Assembly (NCBI GenBank): GCA_965276965.1
Contig: OZ255713.1
Coordinates: 3,418,650-3,442,649 of the forward strand
Direction: 5' to 3'
DNA: 24,000 nt
Source of the DNA: Bryobacteraceae bacterium
GTDB lineage: Bacteria; Acidobacteriota; Terriglobia; Bryobacterales; Bryobacteraceae
Of this stretch, positions 16,158 through 24,000 are shown piece by piece. How positions within the stretch are numbered: position 1 is the stretch's first letter; each line of letters opens with the position of its first letter. The notes beneath the pieces are model-generated. The model saw only the letters and a program-made list of their open reading frames with translations. It did not search any database and was not told where the DNA came from. The position numbers and the translations under genes are program-made.

Positions 16158-16895
16158 GCTTATCCTGTCTGTCTGTCTTGCCGAATTTGTTTCGGCATCC
16201 AAAAGCGGCGGACTTTTATCCCAGCTTTAAGCCGTTTGGCTCTTTGGGCTTTTCTCCGAGAATCGTACACCACAGTTCTTTGACAATGTCTCCACTCTCT
16301 TTTAAGGCTGTGTTTCGGGAATATGTATACCGGCCCATCGTGCAATTCGGTGCGGTAGCAATCTGAAGCATAGGGAATTGCTATAGCTCACATTCCACTC
16401 AGGCGCGCTGACTACGAGATGGCAGGATGAGGCGTACACGGAATCACATCTGGCTTCAGCAATGCTTGCTGTGTCACATCCTTAATTCCGATCCGTAACG
16501 ATCCGTCGGTTGCCTTTGTTCAAAGGTTACAAATCCGGCTGCGATCTGATGACTTGTAAGCGACTTGGTTGGTCCGTAACTGACGACAATTGACGCATCA
16601 TGAAACAGGATTGATTTGCAAGCGGCTCTTAGGCCGCTCCTTCTCGGTGCTGCGGACAAAATTTAGAACACACCGGCTTGCAACGCTTAACTTGCTTGTC
16701 GGCGTCAGCCGTTTCCTTTCCCAGGCTCAGCAAAGCCTGAATGGTCGCCCGGAGAATGGCGTCCACACTGGCTTGGATCTGAGGCTTTTTCATTCAGTCA
16801 ACGGATACGCAACCAGGAGCAATTATTTTCGATTTCTTTCATCACCGCTGAAGCCAACTTAACTTGTCGCTAGAATCCAGCCAGGAAATGCCGAT

Positions 16896-17291
16896 ATGAA
16901 TTTTGCAATGGTAATAGAAACTTTCGATTCAACAGACATCGACAATGTGATGGCACGCATGAACACGGCCGAGATTGACAAGCTTGCCTTTGGCGCCGTT
17001 CAACTGGATCCCAAGGGAACAGTTCTGGCCTATAACGTTGCCGAAGGAGAGATTACGGGCCGCAATCCGAAAGATGTGATCGGCAAAAACTTCTTCAAAG
17101 ACGTCGCACCCTGCACCCGCAGCCCGAAGTTCGAGGGCTTATTCAAAGAGGGTGTTAAAGCGAAAAACCTGAGCGTTGTATTCGATTACACGTTCGACTA
17201 CAAAATGAAGCCGACGCAGGTGCGCGTCCAGATGAAAAAGGCGATATCCGGCGACACTTACTGGATCTTCGTCAAGCGGCTTGTACGGTAA
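16896..17291 (+). CDS. pyp: Photoactive yellow protein (PYP), stand-alone PAS photoreceptor, 131 aa
   Basis: It aligns over its full length with Halorhodospira halophila PYP as I recall it (roughly 60% identical by eye): [50 protein letters not shown]...[26 protein letters not shown]. The chromophore-pocket residues are conserved: Y46/E50/T54/R56 (= Y42/E46/T50/R52) and the chromophore Cys73 (= C69, codon 17112-17114). AGGAA lies upstream of the ATG. Confidence 0.93.
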   Translation: MNFAMVIETFDSTDIDNVMARMNTAEIDKLAFGAVQLDPKGTVLAYNVAEGEITGRNPKDVIGKNFFKDVAPCTRSPKFEGLFKEGVKAKNLSVVFDYTFDYKMKPTQVRVQMKKAISGDTYWIFVKRLVR

Positions 17292-17294
17292 GGC

Positions 17295-18446
17295 GTGCTC
17301 GATTTTGAACTACTGCCCGTGCTCTCCAGCCTGATAGCTGGAGAGCTTGCAGGCGCCAGAAGAATTTCGGCGCTCGATCCAATATTCCAGGAGCTTGAGC
17401 CGGAAACCGAGTTCGGCAAAGGCGCGCTGGGGACGGATTCGCTCGACCTTTTGAACCTGGCGGGTGCGATCACGGAGATGTTCCACCTCCATGAGACTGG
17501 GGTCGAAGAGTATCTGCTGCGCTACCGGACGCTGGAGAACTGGTGTGATATTGTGCGCGTTTCTCTTAACAAGAAGGCGGAACGAATCACGTTTCGAACA
17601 TCGGGCTCGACGGGCGCGCCTAAACGCTGCGCCCACTTGGTTGAACGACTCGAGGCAGAGGCGGTTGGGCATGCGGAGACATTATCGGGTTGCCGGCGCG
17701 TGCTGTCCATGGTGCCGACCCACCATATTTACGGATTTATCTGGGCCGCTCTGCTATCGGCCCAATTGCGGATTCCAGTATTGGATGCGCGCCGGTGGAC
17801 ACCTTCGCGTGTCGTGCGCGAAGCACGGGAGGGTGATCTGTTGGTAGGTGTGCCAGCGAATTGGCAATTGCTGGTACGCAACATCGATCTTGTCTCAGGC
17901 GGCATTCTGGGCGTCACATCCGGCGCGGTTTGCCCGGAGTCTCTCTTTGAAAGTGTGACCAGGGCCGGAATCGGATTTCGGGAAGTATATGGCTCGAGTG
18001 AGACTGCGGGCGTAGGGGTCCGTCATCAGGCAGGAGAGCCATTCAATCTGCTCCGGCACTGGCGCACTGGCGATCCGGAACTTTCACCTCCAGACCGGCT
18101 TGTATGGCAGACGGAACGGACGTTTTACGTTGGCGGACGAGAAGACGGGGCGGTGCAAGTGGCCGGAAAAAACGTCTTTCCAGCGCGAGTGGCGGAAGTA
18201 TTACGTTCCTTTCCGGGCATCGAAGAGTGCAGCGTCCGGATGACGCGCCCAGAAGAAGGCAATCGACTGAAGGCCTTCGTGGTGTGGCGTGCCGGCCACT
18301 TCGATCAGGAACGATCTGAGCGGGGTTTGCGGGATTGGCTCGCTTCACAATTGCAACCGCACGAGCAACCGGTGAGCTTCACTTTCGGTGCAGCGGCGCC
18401 GGTCAATGACATGAACAAATTCACAGATTGGACTATTGCGTGTTAG
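17295..18446 (+). CDS. pcl: p-hydroxycinnamate (4-coumarate) activating ligase of the PYP-activation type (compact adenylate-forming enzyme) with an N-terminal carrier-protein-like segment, 383 aa
   Basis: The GTG start is 3 nt after the pyp stop. Adenylate-forming motifs are present: FRTSGSTGAPK (P-loop-like A3), VYGSSETAG (A5), GGREDGAVQVAGKNVFPARVAEVL (A8) and a C-terminal Lys (DMNKF). Its size and its position between pyp and tal fit the PYP-associated pcl family. The N-terminal 1-88 contains ALGTDSLDLLNLAGAITEMF. Confidence 0.85.
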   Translation: MLDFELLPVLSSLIAGELAGARRISALDPIFQELEPETEFGKGALGTDSLDLLNLAGAITEMFHLHETGVEEYLLRYRTLENWCDIVRVSLNKKAERITFRTSGSTGAPKRCAHLVERLEAEAVGHAETLSGCRRVLSMVPTHHIYGFIWAALLSAQLRIPVLDARRWTPSRVVREAREGDLLVGVPANWQLLVRNIDLVSGGILGVTSGAVCPESLFESVTRAGIGFREVYGSSETAGVGVRHQAGEPFNLLRHWRTGDPELSPPDRLVWQTERTFYVGGREDGAVQVAGKNVFPARVAEVLRSFPGIEECSVRMTRPEEGNRLKAFVVWRAGHFDQERSERGLRDWLASQLQPHEQPVSFTFGAAAPVNDMNKFTDWTIAC

Positions 18447-20035
18447 CGGAGTTGGAAAGCAAGGTCCCGCCGGTTGCGCTTGGCTCGGCGGCCGAAGAGT
18501 TCGTCAAGCTGGAGCAGTTTGCCGAGGTCGCGAGCGGCACCCGTATCTTCGCGCTGTCACAAGGGTCATTGGACGCGATGAACCGGTCACGACGGCTGCT
18601 TGAGGACGCGGTGGAAGAGCGGCGTTTGATCTACGGCTTAACAACTGGATTTGGTCCGCTGGCGGGGCGATACATCAACATTGAGGACACCGAAGAGCTG
18701 CAACGCAACTTGGTGTATCATCTGGCGTCGGGAGTGGGCAGGCCTTTCAGCCCTTTGCAGACCCGGGCCATTATGGCCGCCCGAGCCATCAACCTCGCTA
18801 AGGGTCATTCCGGCATCCGGCCGCAAGCGGTGCAGTTGCTGCTGGATTGCCTGGAAGCGGACCTTTTGCCACTGATTCCGTGCATGGGAACGGTTGGAGC
18901 CAGCGGGGATCTTACGCCACTCGCGCACATGACGCTGGCGCTTTTTGGCGAAGGGGATGTGCTACTGAAGGGCGAGCGGATGAGCGCTTCGACCGCGTTT
19001 CGGCTTGCCGGGTTATCGCCATTGACGCCGGCTCATCGCGAAGCGCTGGCGTTGGTTAACGGTACGTCCGCAATGACGGCTGTCGCGGCTCTGAATGCAA
19101 TTGACGCGCAGCGAGCGCTGCAGGTGGCGCTTCGGTCTACGGTTCTTTATGCCGAACTGCTCGGCGGGAGGTTGGAAGCGTACCATCCGCACTTTGCGGC
19201 GGTCCGGCCGCATGCAGGTCAACAGTGGGCCACAGCGGAATTGCTCAGGCTATGTGCCGGTTCCAGGCGGCTTCAGCAATATGCGCCGAAGTTCCTGTCA
19301 GAAGGTACAGCCGGCGTACACGAACTGCCTCAGGACCCATATACGATCCGCTGTGCGCCGCAAATCTTCGGAGCAATTGCCGATGTCTTGCGATTCCATA
19401 ACGGCACGGTTGAAACGGAACTCAATTCGGTTACCGATAACCCGATTTTTGTGGAGGACGATGTACTGCACGGCGGGAACTTCTACGGACAGCACGTTGC
19501 GTTTGCTTCGGATGCGTTGATGACCGCGGTGGTTAAACTGGCGGTCCACAGTGAGCGAAAGATCGCACGAGTTACAGACGAGACACAGAACCGAGGGCTG
19601 CCGGCGTTCCTGCAGGGAAACCAGACGGGGCTCCACAGCGGGTTCATGGGGGCACAGGTGACGGCCTCTGCGATTGTTGCGGAGATGCGCACGAAGGCCG
19701 TTCCGGCATCTATCCAATCGATCCCCACAAATGCCAATAATCAGGACGTAGTCTCGATGGGCACGATCGCGGCAAGGCGGACCGCAGAGTTGATCGACTA
19801 CTTGTTTGATTTGCTAGCGATCGAAACTCTGGTGATGGTCCAGGGATTCGATATCTGCGGTGGCTTTCAGTCGGACGAATTCGCCGCTTCCTCTCAAGAT
19901 CTTGCCTGCCTGGTACGAAGCGTCTCAGCCTTCGTCAAGAAGGACCGGCCTCTATATGCAGATATTGCGCGCTTAAGCCAGCAACTAAGGACTTCTTTGA
20001 TTATTCCGGGCAATTGCGTGCAGGCTGACTTCTAA
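18428..20035 (+). CDS. tal: Tyrosine ammonia-lyase (HAL/PAL/TAL MIO-dependent family), ~531-535 aa
   Basis: The MIO-forming triad is in GTVGASGDLTPLAH (Ala-Ser-Gly codons 18899-18907). The His-Leu pair is in NLVYHLASGVG (18719-18724), at the position of the known TAL versus PAL selectivity switch. The length is typical of the aromatic ammonia-lyase family. The start is ambiguous: TTG 18428, or GTG 18440 overlapping the pcl stop (GTGTTAG). Either choice implies translational coupling. Confidence 0.88.
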   Translation: MDYCVLAELESKVPPVALGSAAEEFVKLEQFAEVASGTRIFALSQGSLDAMNRSRRLLEDAVEERRLIYGLTTGFGPLAGRYINIEDTEELQRNLVYHLASGVGRPFSPLQTRAIMAARAINLAKGHSGIRPQAVQLLLDCLEADLLPLIPCMGTVGASGDLTPLAHMTLALFGEGDVLLKGERMSASTAFRLAGLSPLTPAHREALALVNGTSAMTAVAALNAIDAQRALQVALRSTVLYAELLGGRLEAYHPHFAAVRPHAGQQWATAELLRLCAGSRRLQQYAPKFLSEGTAGVHELPQDPYTIRCAPQIFGAIADVLRFHNGTVETELNSVTDNPIFVEDDVLHGGNFYGQHVAFASDALMTAVVKLAVHSERKIARVTDETQNRGLPAFLQGNQTGLHSGFMGAQVTASAIVAEMRTKAVPASIQSIPTNANNQDVVSMGTIAARRTAELIDYLFDLLAIETLVMVQGFDICGGFQSDEFAASSQDLACLVRSVSAFVKKDRPLYADIARLSQQLRTSLIIPGNCVQADF

Positions 20036-20142
20036 CCGGGTCGGATGTGCCATCAAGGAGATAGATTTTCAAAACGCCATTCCCTGCAGTCTGCCATTAA
20101 CTCGCCGGACAGTGTCATTCTTGTGACCGTAGAGTGTAGTAA

Positions 20143-21042
20143 ATGCCGGAGCTACCAGATATCTTGGCGTATATCGAGGCTCTCACGCCGCGCGTCATCG
20201 GCCAGCCACTCGAGCGGATCCGCGTGGCCACACCTTTTCTTCTTCGCACGGTCGATCCGCCGCTTGCCAGCGTCGAAGGTCGAGTGATGCGCGAGCTGCG
20301 CCACATTGGGAAGCGCATTGCATTCGGTTTGGAAGGCGATCTTTGGCTTGTGTTGCACCTGATGATTGCGGGTCGGCTGCATTGGAAGGCAGCGAGTGCG
20401 AAACTCTCGGGACGTCAGAACTTGGCCAGCTTCGATTTCCCTCAAGGCTCGTTGGTGTTAACGGAGGCCGGGACAAGGCGCCGAGCGGCATTGCATCTCG
20501 TTCGGAGTGAAGGATCGCTGCCTCACTTCGATCCCGGCGGTATTGATGTTTTCACCACAGACTTCGCAACCTTTCAAGCAACTCTGACAGCAACAAACCA
20601 CACTCTGAAACGATCGCTGACCGATCCTCGTATCCTGAGCGGGATCGGCAACGCATACTCGGATGAGATCTTGCATGCGGCGCGGCTATCTCCTATCGCC
20701 CAAACGCAAAAGCTGCAACCGGAAGAGTGGGAGCGACTATTCAGCGCGACCAGAGCAACGCTCGAACTCTGGATCGGGCGCTTTCGCGAAGAAGCCCGGC
20801 AACAGTTCCCCGAGAAAGTCACTGCGTTCCGCGAAGGCATGGCGGCACATGGACGATATGGCTATCCGTGTCCGGTATGCGGAGAGAAGATCCTGCGCAT
20901 CCGCTATGCCGACAATGAGACGAATTATTGCGCACGCTGCCAAACAGGCGGAAAGGTGCTCGCTGACCGTGGATTGTCCCGGCTATTGGGGTCCGATTGG
21001 CCGCGCAGCTTGGAAGAACTTGAGACCGTGCAGAAGCGTTAG
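20143..21042 (+). CDS. Fpg/Nei-family DNA glycosylase / AP lyase, 299 aa
   Basis: The N-terminus MPELPDI carries the catalytic Pro2/Glu3 signature. The H2TH motif is ILSGIGNAYSDEILHAARLSP. The C-terminal zinc finger is CPVC-x16-CARC. Confidence 0.88.
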   Translation: MPELPDILAYIEALTPRVIGQPLERIRVATPFLLRTVDPPLASVEGRVMRELRHIGKRIAFGLEGDLWLVLHLMIAGRLHWKAASAKLSGRQNLASFDFPQGSLVLTEAGTRRRAALHLVRSEGSLPHFDPGGIDVFTTDFATFQATLTATNHTLKRSLTDPRILSGIGNAYSDEILHAARLSPIAQTQKLQPEEWERLFSATRATLELWIGRFREEARQQFPEKVTAFREGMAAHGRYGYPCPVCGEKILRIRYADNETNYCARCQTGGKVLADRGLSRLLGSDWPRSLEELETVQKR

Positions 21043-21162
21043 ATGATCACCGGCTTTCCTTACTTCAGAAAGGTTGACTTAACTCGATCGGGAAGCAGAG
21101 CCGGCCGGCCACTCAAGCCGGATTTAGTTGACTGTCCAGACGCTTATTGATAAGATTGCCTT

Positions 21163-21729
21163 ATGCCGAGACCGAGAAGCGACGAGAAGAGAGGCGCGAT
21201 TTTGGAAGCAGCGACGCGCATCATCGTCATACAGGGGCTCAGTGCTCCAACGGCCGGGATTGCTAAAGAGGCAGGCGTTGCGAACGGCTCGCTCTTCACC
21301 TATTTCGAGACGAAGGCCGATCTTTTCAATCAGCTCTATCTGGAACTGAAAAGTGAGATGGCTGCTGCTGCCTTGCAGGGACTTCCCGAAGGTGCAGACC
21401 TTCGTGACCAGCTTTTTCATGTGTGGCGGAACTGGACAAACTTTGCGGTGTCCTCTCCCGAGAAACGACGCGCTCTAGCCCAACTTGGGGTTTCGGATGA
21501 GATCACTACGCAGACCCGCGCATCGGCCCAAAAGATGATGGCATCGCTCGGAGAGCTGTTGGAGCGGAGTCGAGCAAACGGTCCGATGCGTGCTGTCCCT
21601 ATGGGTTTTCTGGGCACGCTGATGAACGCCGTGGCAGAGTCGACCATGGAGTTTATGACCCAGGATCCGGCCAACGCGAAGAAGCATTGCAAAACCGGAT
21701 TCGAGGCCCTATGGAGAATGATTTCCTAA
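21163..21729 (+). CDS. TetR/AcrR-family transcriptional regulator, 188 aa
   Basis: The N-terminal HTH is RGAILEAATRIIVIQGLSAPTAGIAKEAGVANGSLFTYFETKADLF. It is followed 52 nt downstream by an SDR gene on the same strand. Confidence 0.88.
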   Translation: MPRPRSDEKRGAILEAATRIIVIQGLSAPTAGIAKEAGVANGSLFTYFETKADLFNQLYLELKSEMAAAALQGLPEGADLRDQLFHVWRNWTNFAVSSPEKRRALAQLGVSDEITTQTRASAQKMMASLGELLERSRANGPMRAVPMGFLGTLMNAVAESTMEFMTQDPANAKKHCKTGFEALWRMIS

Positions 21730-21781
21730 TTTGCGGCCTCGGTTATGACTGACCAGACAGACAACTAGAGGAGATGAGTAG

Positions 21782-22705
21782 ATGACAACACCGATGAAGT
21801 ACACCGACCGCAAAGCATATGTCATCACGGGGCCGACCTCCGGCATCGGCCGTGCGACAGCATTTGAGGTAGCCAAACATGGGACCGTAGTCCTCGTCGG
21901 GCGCGATAGCGAAAAGCTCAGCGCACTGCAGAAAGCCATCCAGCAGCAGGGTGCATCGGCCGTTTCAGTCGTGTGTGACTTGTCGGCTATGGCGAGCGTA
22001 CGGCGTGCGGCCGCGGAGATCATCGCGTTGCGTCTTCCGATCGTGGGGTTGCTGAATAATGCTGGAATCTCTCCAATGCGCCCAGCGAAGAGCGCTCAAG
22101 GTTGGGATTTGACGTTCGCCACGAACCATCTCGGACCGTTCGCGTTGACCGAGGCGCTTGCACCGCACCTTCCTGACGGAGCAAACGTAGTGTTCGTCGC
22201 CTCCGCCGTGGAGGACCCCGAGCGCAAACCTGCCAAAGTTTTAGGAATGCGTGGCGGCCGCTATATATCTGCGGAAGCTAGTGCTCGTGGCGAGTGGGAA
22301 CAAGGCGGGTCTAAGCTGCCAGGTGCGGACGCCTACGCCACGTCAAAGCAGTCCATCCTTGCCGCCGCGTTGGCGTTTGCACACGCAACTCCCAGACTGC
22401 ACTTCAACGCTGTAGAGCCAGGAATAACTCCAGGGACCGGACTCGCGCGCGATGGGAATGTTGTCATACGGTTCCTGTTTGGCCAAGTGCTTACGTTGTT
22501 GCCTCCTTTCTCCAAATACAGGAGCACGCCACAGCGAGCCGCGCGGGTCATCACAAAGATACTGACGGATGAATCAGGAAAGTCCGGGGTCTACTACGAC
22601 GAAAAAGGCCGACCGATGCTCGGCTCCGCACTCGTGCGCGATTCGAAGTTCCAAGACCGTGTAGTGGCTGAGACCCGCGCTTTACTTGCTGCAAACCCTG
22701 GCTGA
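21782..22705 (+). CDS. Short-chain dehydrogenase/reductase (SDR), 307 aa
   Basis: GAGGAG RBS. Motifs present are ITGPTSGIGRATA (TGxxxGxG), NNAG and YATSKQ (YxxxK). Confidence 0.88.
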   Translation: MTTPMKYTDRKAYVITGPTSGIGRATAFEVAKHGTVVLVGRDSEKLSALQKAIQQQGASAVSVVCDLSAMASVRRAAAEIIALRLPIVGLLNNAGISPMRPAKSAQGWDLTFATNHLGPFALTEALAPHLPDGANVVFVASAVEDPERKPAKVLGMRGGRYISAEASARGEWEQGGSKLPGADAYATSKQSILAAALAFAHATPRLHFNAVEPGITPGTGLARDGNVVIRFLFGQVLTLLPPFSKYRSTPQRAARVITKILTDESGKSGVYYDEKGRPMLGSALVRDSKFQDRVVAETRALLAANPG

Positions 22706-22846
22706 CCACGCAGGAGAGCCTAACCGGTCAACTCTACAGCGCAAACGGGAGGAAAGCCTTGTTGTCTACTAAGGAAGCGCAGAGGAGAACTTAAGCATGG
22801 AGCATTCCGGACTTAGCTAAGGTCAATCTTATCGAGTAGTAGTGGT

Positions 22847-24000
22847 CTATTCGTAGGGTGCGAAATAACCGGACACGTCCAGAATGAGATCCGTCGTATT
22901 CGATGCGAACGCCCCAATCCGATTGTTTGTCACGGGGACGATCGCCAGGTTCGATGTCACGGAGCCGTCCGGCGCATTCAAGGTGGAAACGAGTGGCTGC
23001 GCCAGATCGGCTTGCCACAGGGTCAGATATCCCAGGGGCCCCTTCGGCACTACCGTGGCGTTCAGAACGAGCGCTTGCGCCGATGGAGGTACTCCGCACG
23101 CCGTTCCCGCATCGTAGGTAGCAGCACCGCTGAGTGGGCCGTTGCCCGTACGCGTATCCAACGCGCGACATGGAACCATCGGATAAAAGTGGAGGCCGCC
23201 ATACGTCCCCGCCGGCGCAAAGTAACCGTTTGTGTCAATCACAAGATCGGCATCCTGCGTCCCGTATACCGAGATGTCGTTCGAAATTCCCGCCTTAATG
23301 GTCGCCGCATTTGCAACCACCGTCCCAGTCGGTGCATTCAACGTCGAGACCAGCGGTTGGGTCTGTCCGCTTGGCCACGCACTCAGGAAATCGAGCGAGC
23401 CATGAGGTATCGCAGTGAAGTTCAGCGAATACGCCTTTGCGGATGATTGCAAGTTGCAAGCACTCTGCAGGAGCGGGACTGCGCGCGGAGAGTTGCCGGC
23501 GAGACCCGGCCCGCCCAGCGGACCATCGCTGTTGCGCGTGTCTAACACACGGCAGGGCGGTACTGGCACGAACCACATCGCAGAATAATCGACCAGGTCA
23601 AAGTATCCCGTTATGTCAATGACCACATGTGTATCGTTTGTAGCAAATACATTTACGCCACCGCCCGAACCCGCAGCCACAATGGCTGCATTCGCCTTGA
23701 TCCGCCCATCATCCGAATTTAATGTGGAAACAAGAGACCGGGTTCCACCGGTCGGCGAGACCGTTAGGTAACCAAGAGGCCCGGATGGCACAACGGTGAC
23801 GTTTAAAGCATAGGCCAGTGCCGAGACCGGAATGCCGCACGAACTCTGCGGAACCAGGAAATCCCGAGACGTGCCTCCCGCAATCAGCGGCCCTCCGAAC
23901 GGCCCTTCCGAGTTGCGCGTGTCTGCAATGCGGCACGGCGTCACCGGCACAAAGCCGAGGCCCACGCCCACATTCGGCGTCGCCGTATTCAATTGGAAGA
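22847..24000 (-). CDS. Uncharacterised (probably secreted) protein made of three tandem ~125-aa repeats; 5'-partial, as the reading frame is still open at the right window edge
   Basis: Track ORF 22847..23992 begins at a TTG, but the frame has no stop up to 24000. There are three repeats (nt ~23600-23953, ~23219-23572, ~22862-23188). Each has F.P..PCR..DTR...GP.GG, a second Cys, LN.T..P.G.L.(Y/F)L...P....QPLVSTLNAP.G....N and D...GYF. Confidence 0.75.
   Translation of the reverse strand, partial: FQLNTATPNVGVGLGFVPVTPCRIADTRNSEGPFGGPLIAGGTSRDFLVPQSSCGIPVSALAYALNVTVVPSGPLGYLTVSPTGGTRSLVSTLNSDDGRIKANAAIVAAGSGGGVNVFATNDTHVVIDITGYFDLVDYSAMWFVPVPPCRVLDTRNSDGPLGGPGLAGNSPRAVPLLQSACNLQSSAKAYSLNFTAIPHGSLDFLSAWPSGQTQPLVSTLNAPTGTVVANAATIKAGISNDISVYGTQDADLVIDTNGYFAPAGTYGGLHFYPMVPCRALDTRTGNGPLSGAATYDAGTACGVPPSAQALVLNATVVPKGPLGYLTLWQADLAQPLVSTLNAPDGSVTSNLAIVPVTNNRIGAFASNTTDLILDVSGYFAPYE

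Noticed and set aside
16474-16862. Track ORFs 16474..16659(-) and 16590..16862(+) in the pyp upstream region
   Set aside because: They have no RBS, an odd composition and mutual overlap. I treated the region as non-coding apart from the speculative 54-aa sORF described in the findings.
21101-21124. Weak stem CCGGC-CACTCAA-GCCGG followed by ATTT after the glycosylase gene, as a possible terminator
   Set aside because: It has only a 5-bp stem and a 3-T tail, which is too weak to call.
1-24000. Search by eye for tRNA/rRNA genes, CRISPR repeat-spacer arrays, toxin-antitoxin pairs and known defence-system genes
   Set aside because: I found no regularly spaced short repeats, T-arm or anticodon-arm-like tRNA signatures, or recognisable defence or TA protein motifs. 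Absence by eye is not proof.

Overview
Moderately GC-rich bacterial chromosomal segment. The taxon cannot be determined without a search; the gene content suggests a soil heterotroph, possibly an acidobacterium, but that is a guess. All family assignments come from motifs I recognise by reading the translations, not from database searches.

Layout:
- 1-6.0 kb: small redox enzymes paired with regulators. Two tandem NAD(P)-binding SDR/NmrA-like paralogs, an SDR divergent from a LysR regulator, an NmrA-like gene divergent from a TetR regulator, and an NTF2-like gene.
- 6.2-11.8 kb: two inverted copies of an IS91-family element that carries a tyrosine recombinase gene upstream of the HUH/Y2 transposase gene. 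One copy is intact and one is decayed. They bracket about 1.27 kb holding a small secreted-protein ORF.
- 11.9-16.2 kb: a lysine-rich orphan gene and a 1158-aa secreted protein. The latter has a GH54-type alpha-L-arabinofuranosidase catalytic domain followed by a lamin-tail domain that appears split by a repeat-rich insertion.
- 16.9-20.0 kb (main result): a complete, translationally coupled photoactive yellow protein module, pyp-pcl-tal (photoreceptor, p-coumarate-activating ligase, tyrosine ammonia-lyase). The ligase has an N-terminal carrier-protein-like segment with a DSL motif.
- 20.1-24.0 kb: an Fpg/Nei DNA glycosylase, a TetR + SDR pair, and a 5'-partial secreted protein built of three tandem repeats of about 125 aa.

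I did not recognise any rRNA, tRNA or CRISPR array by eye.
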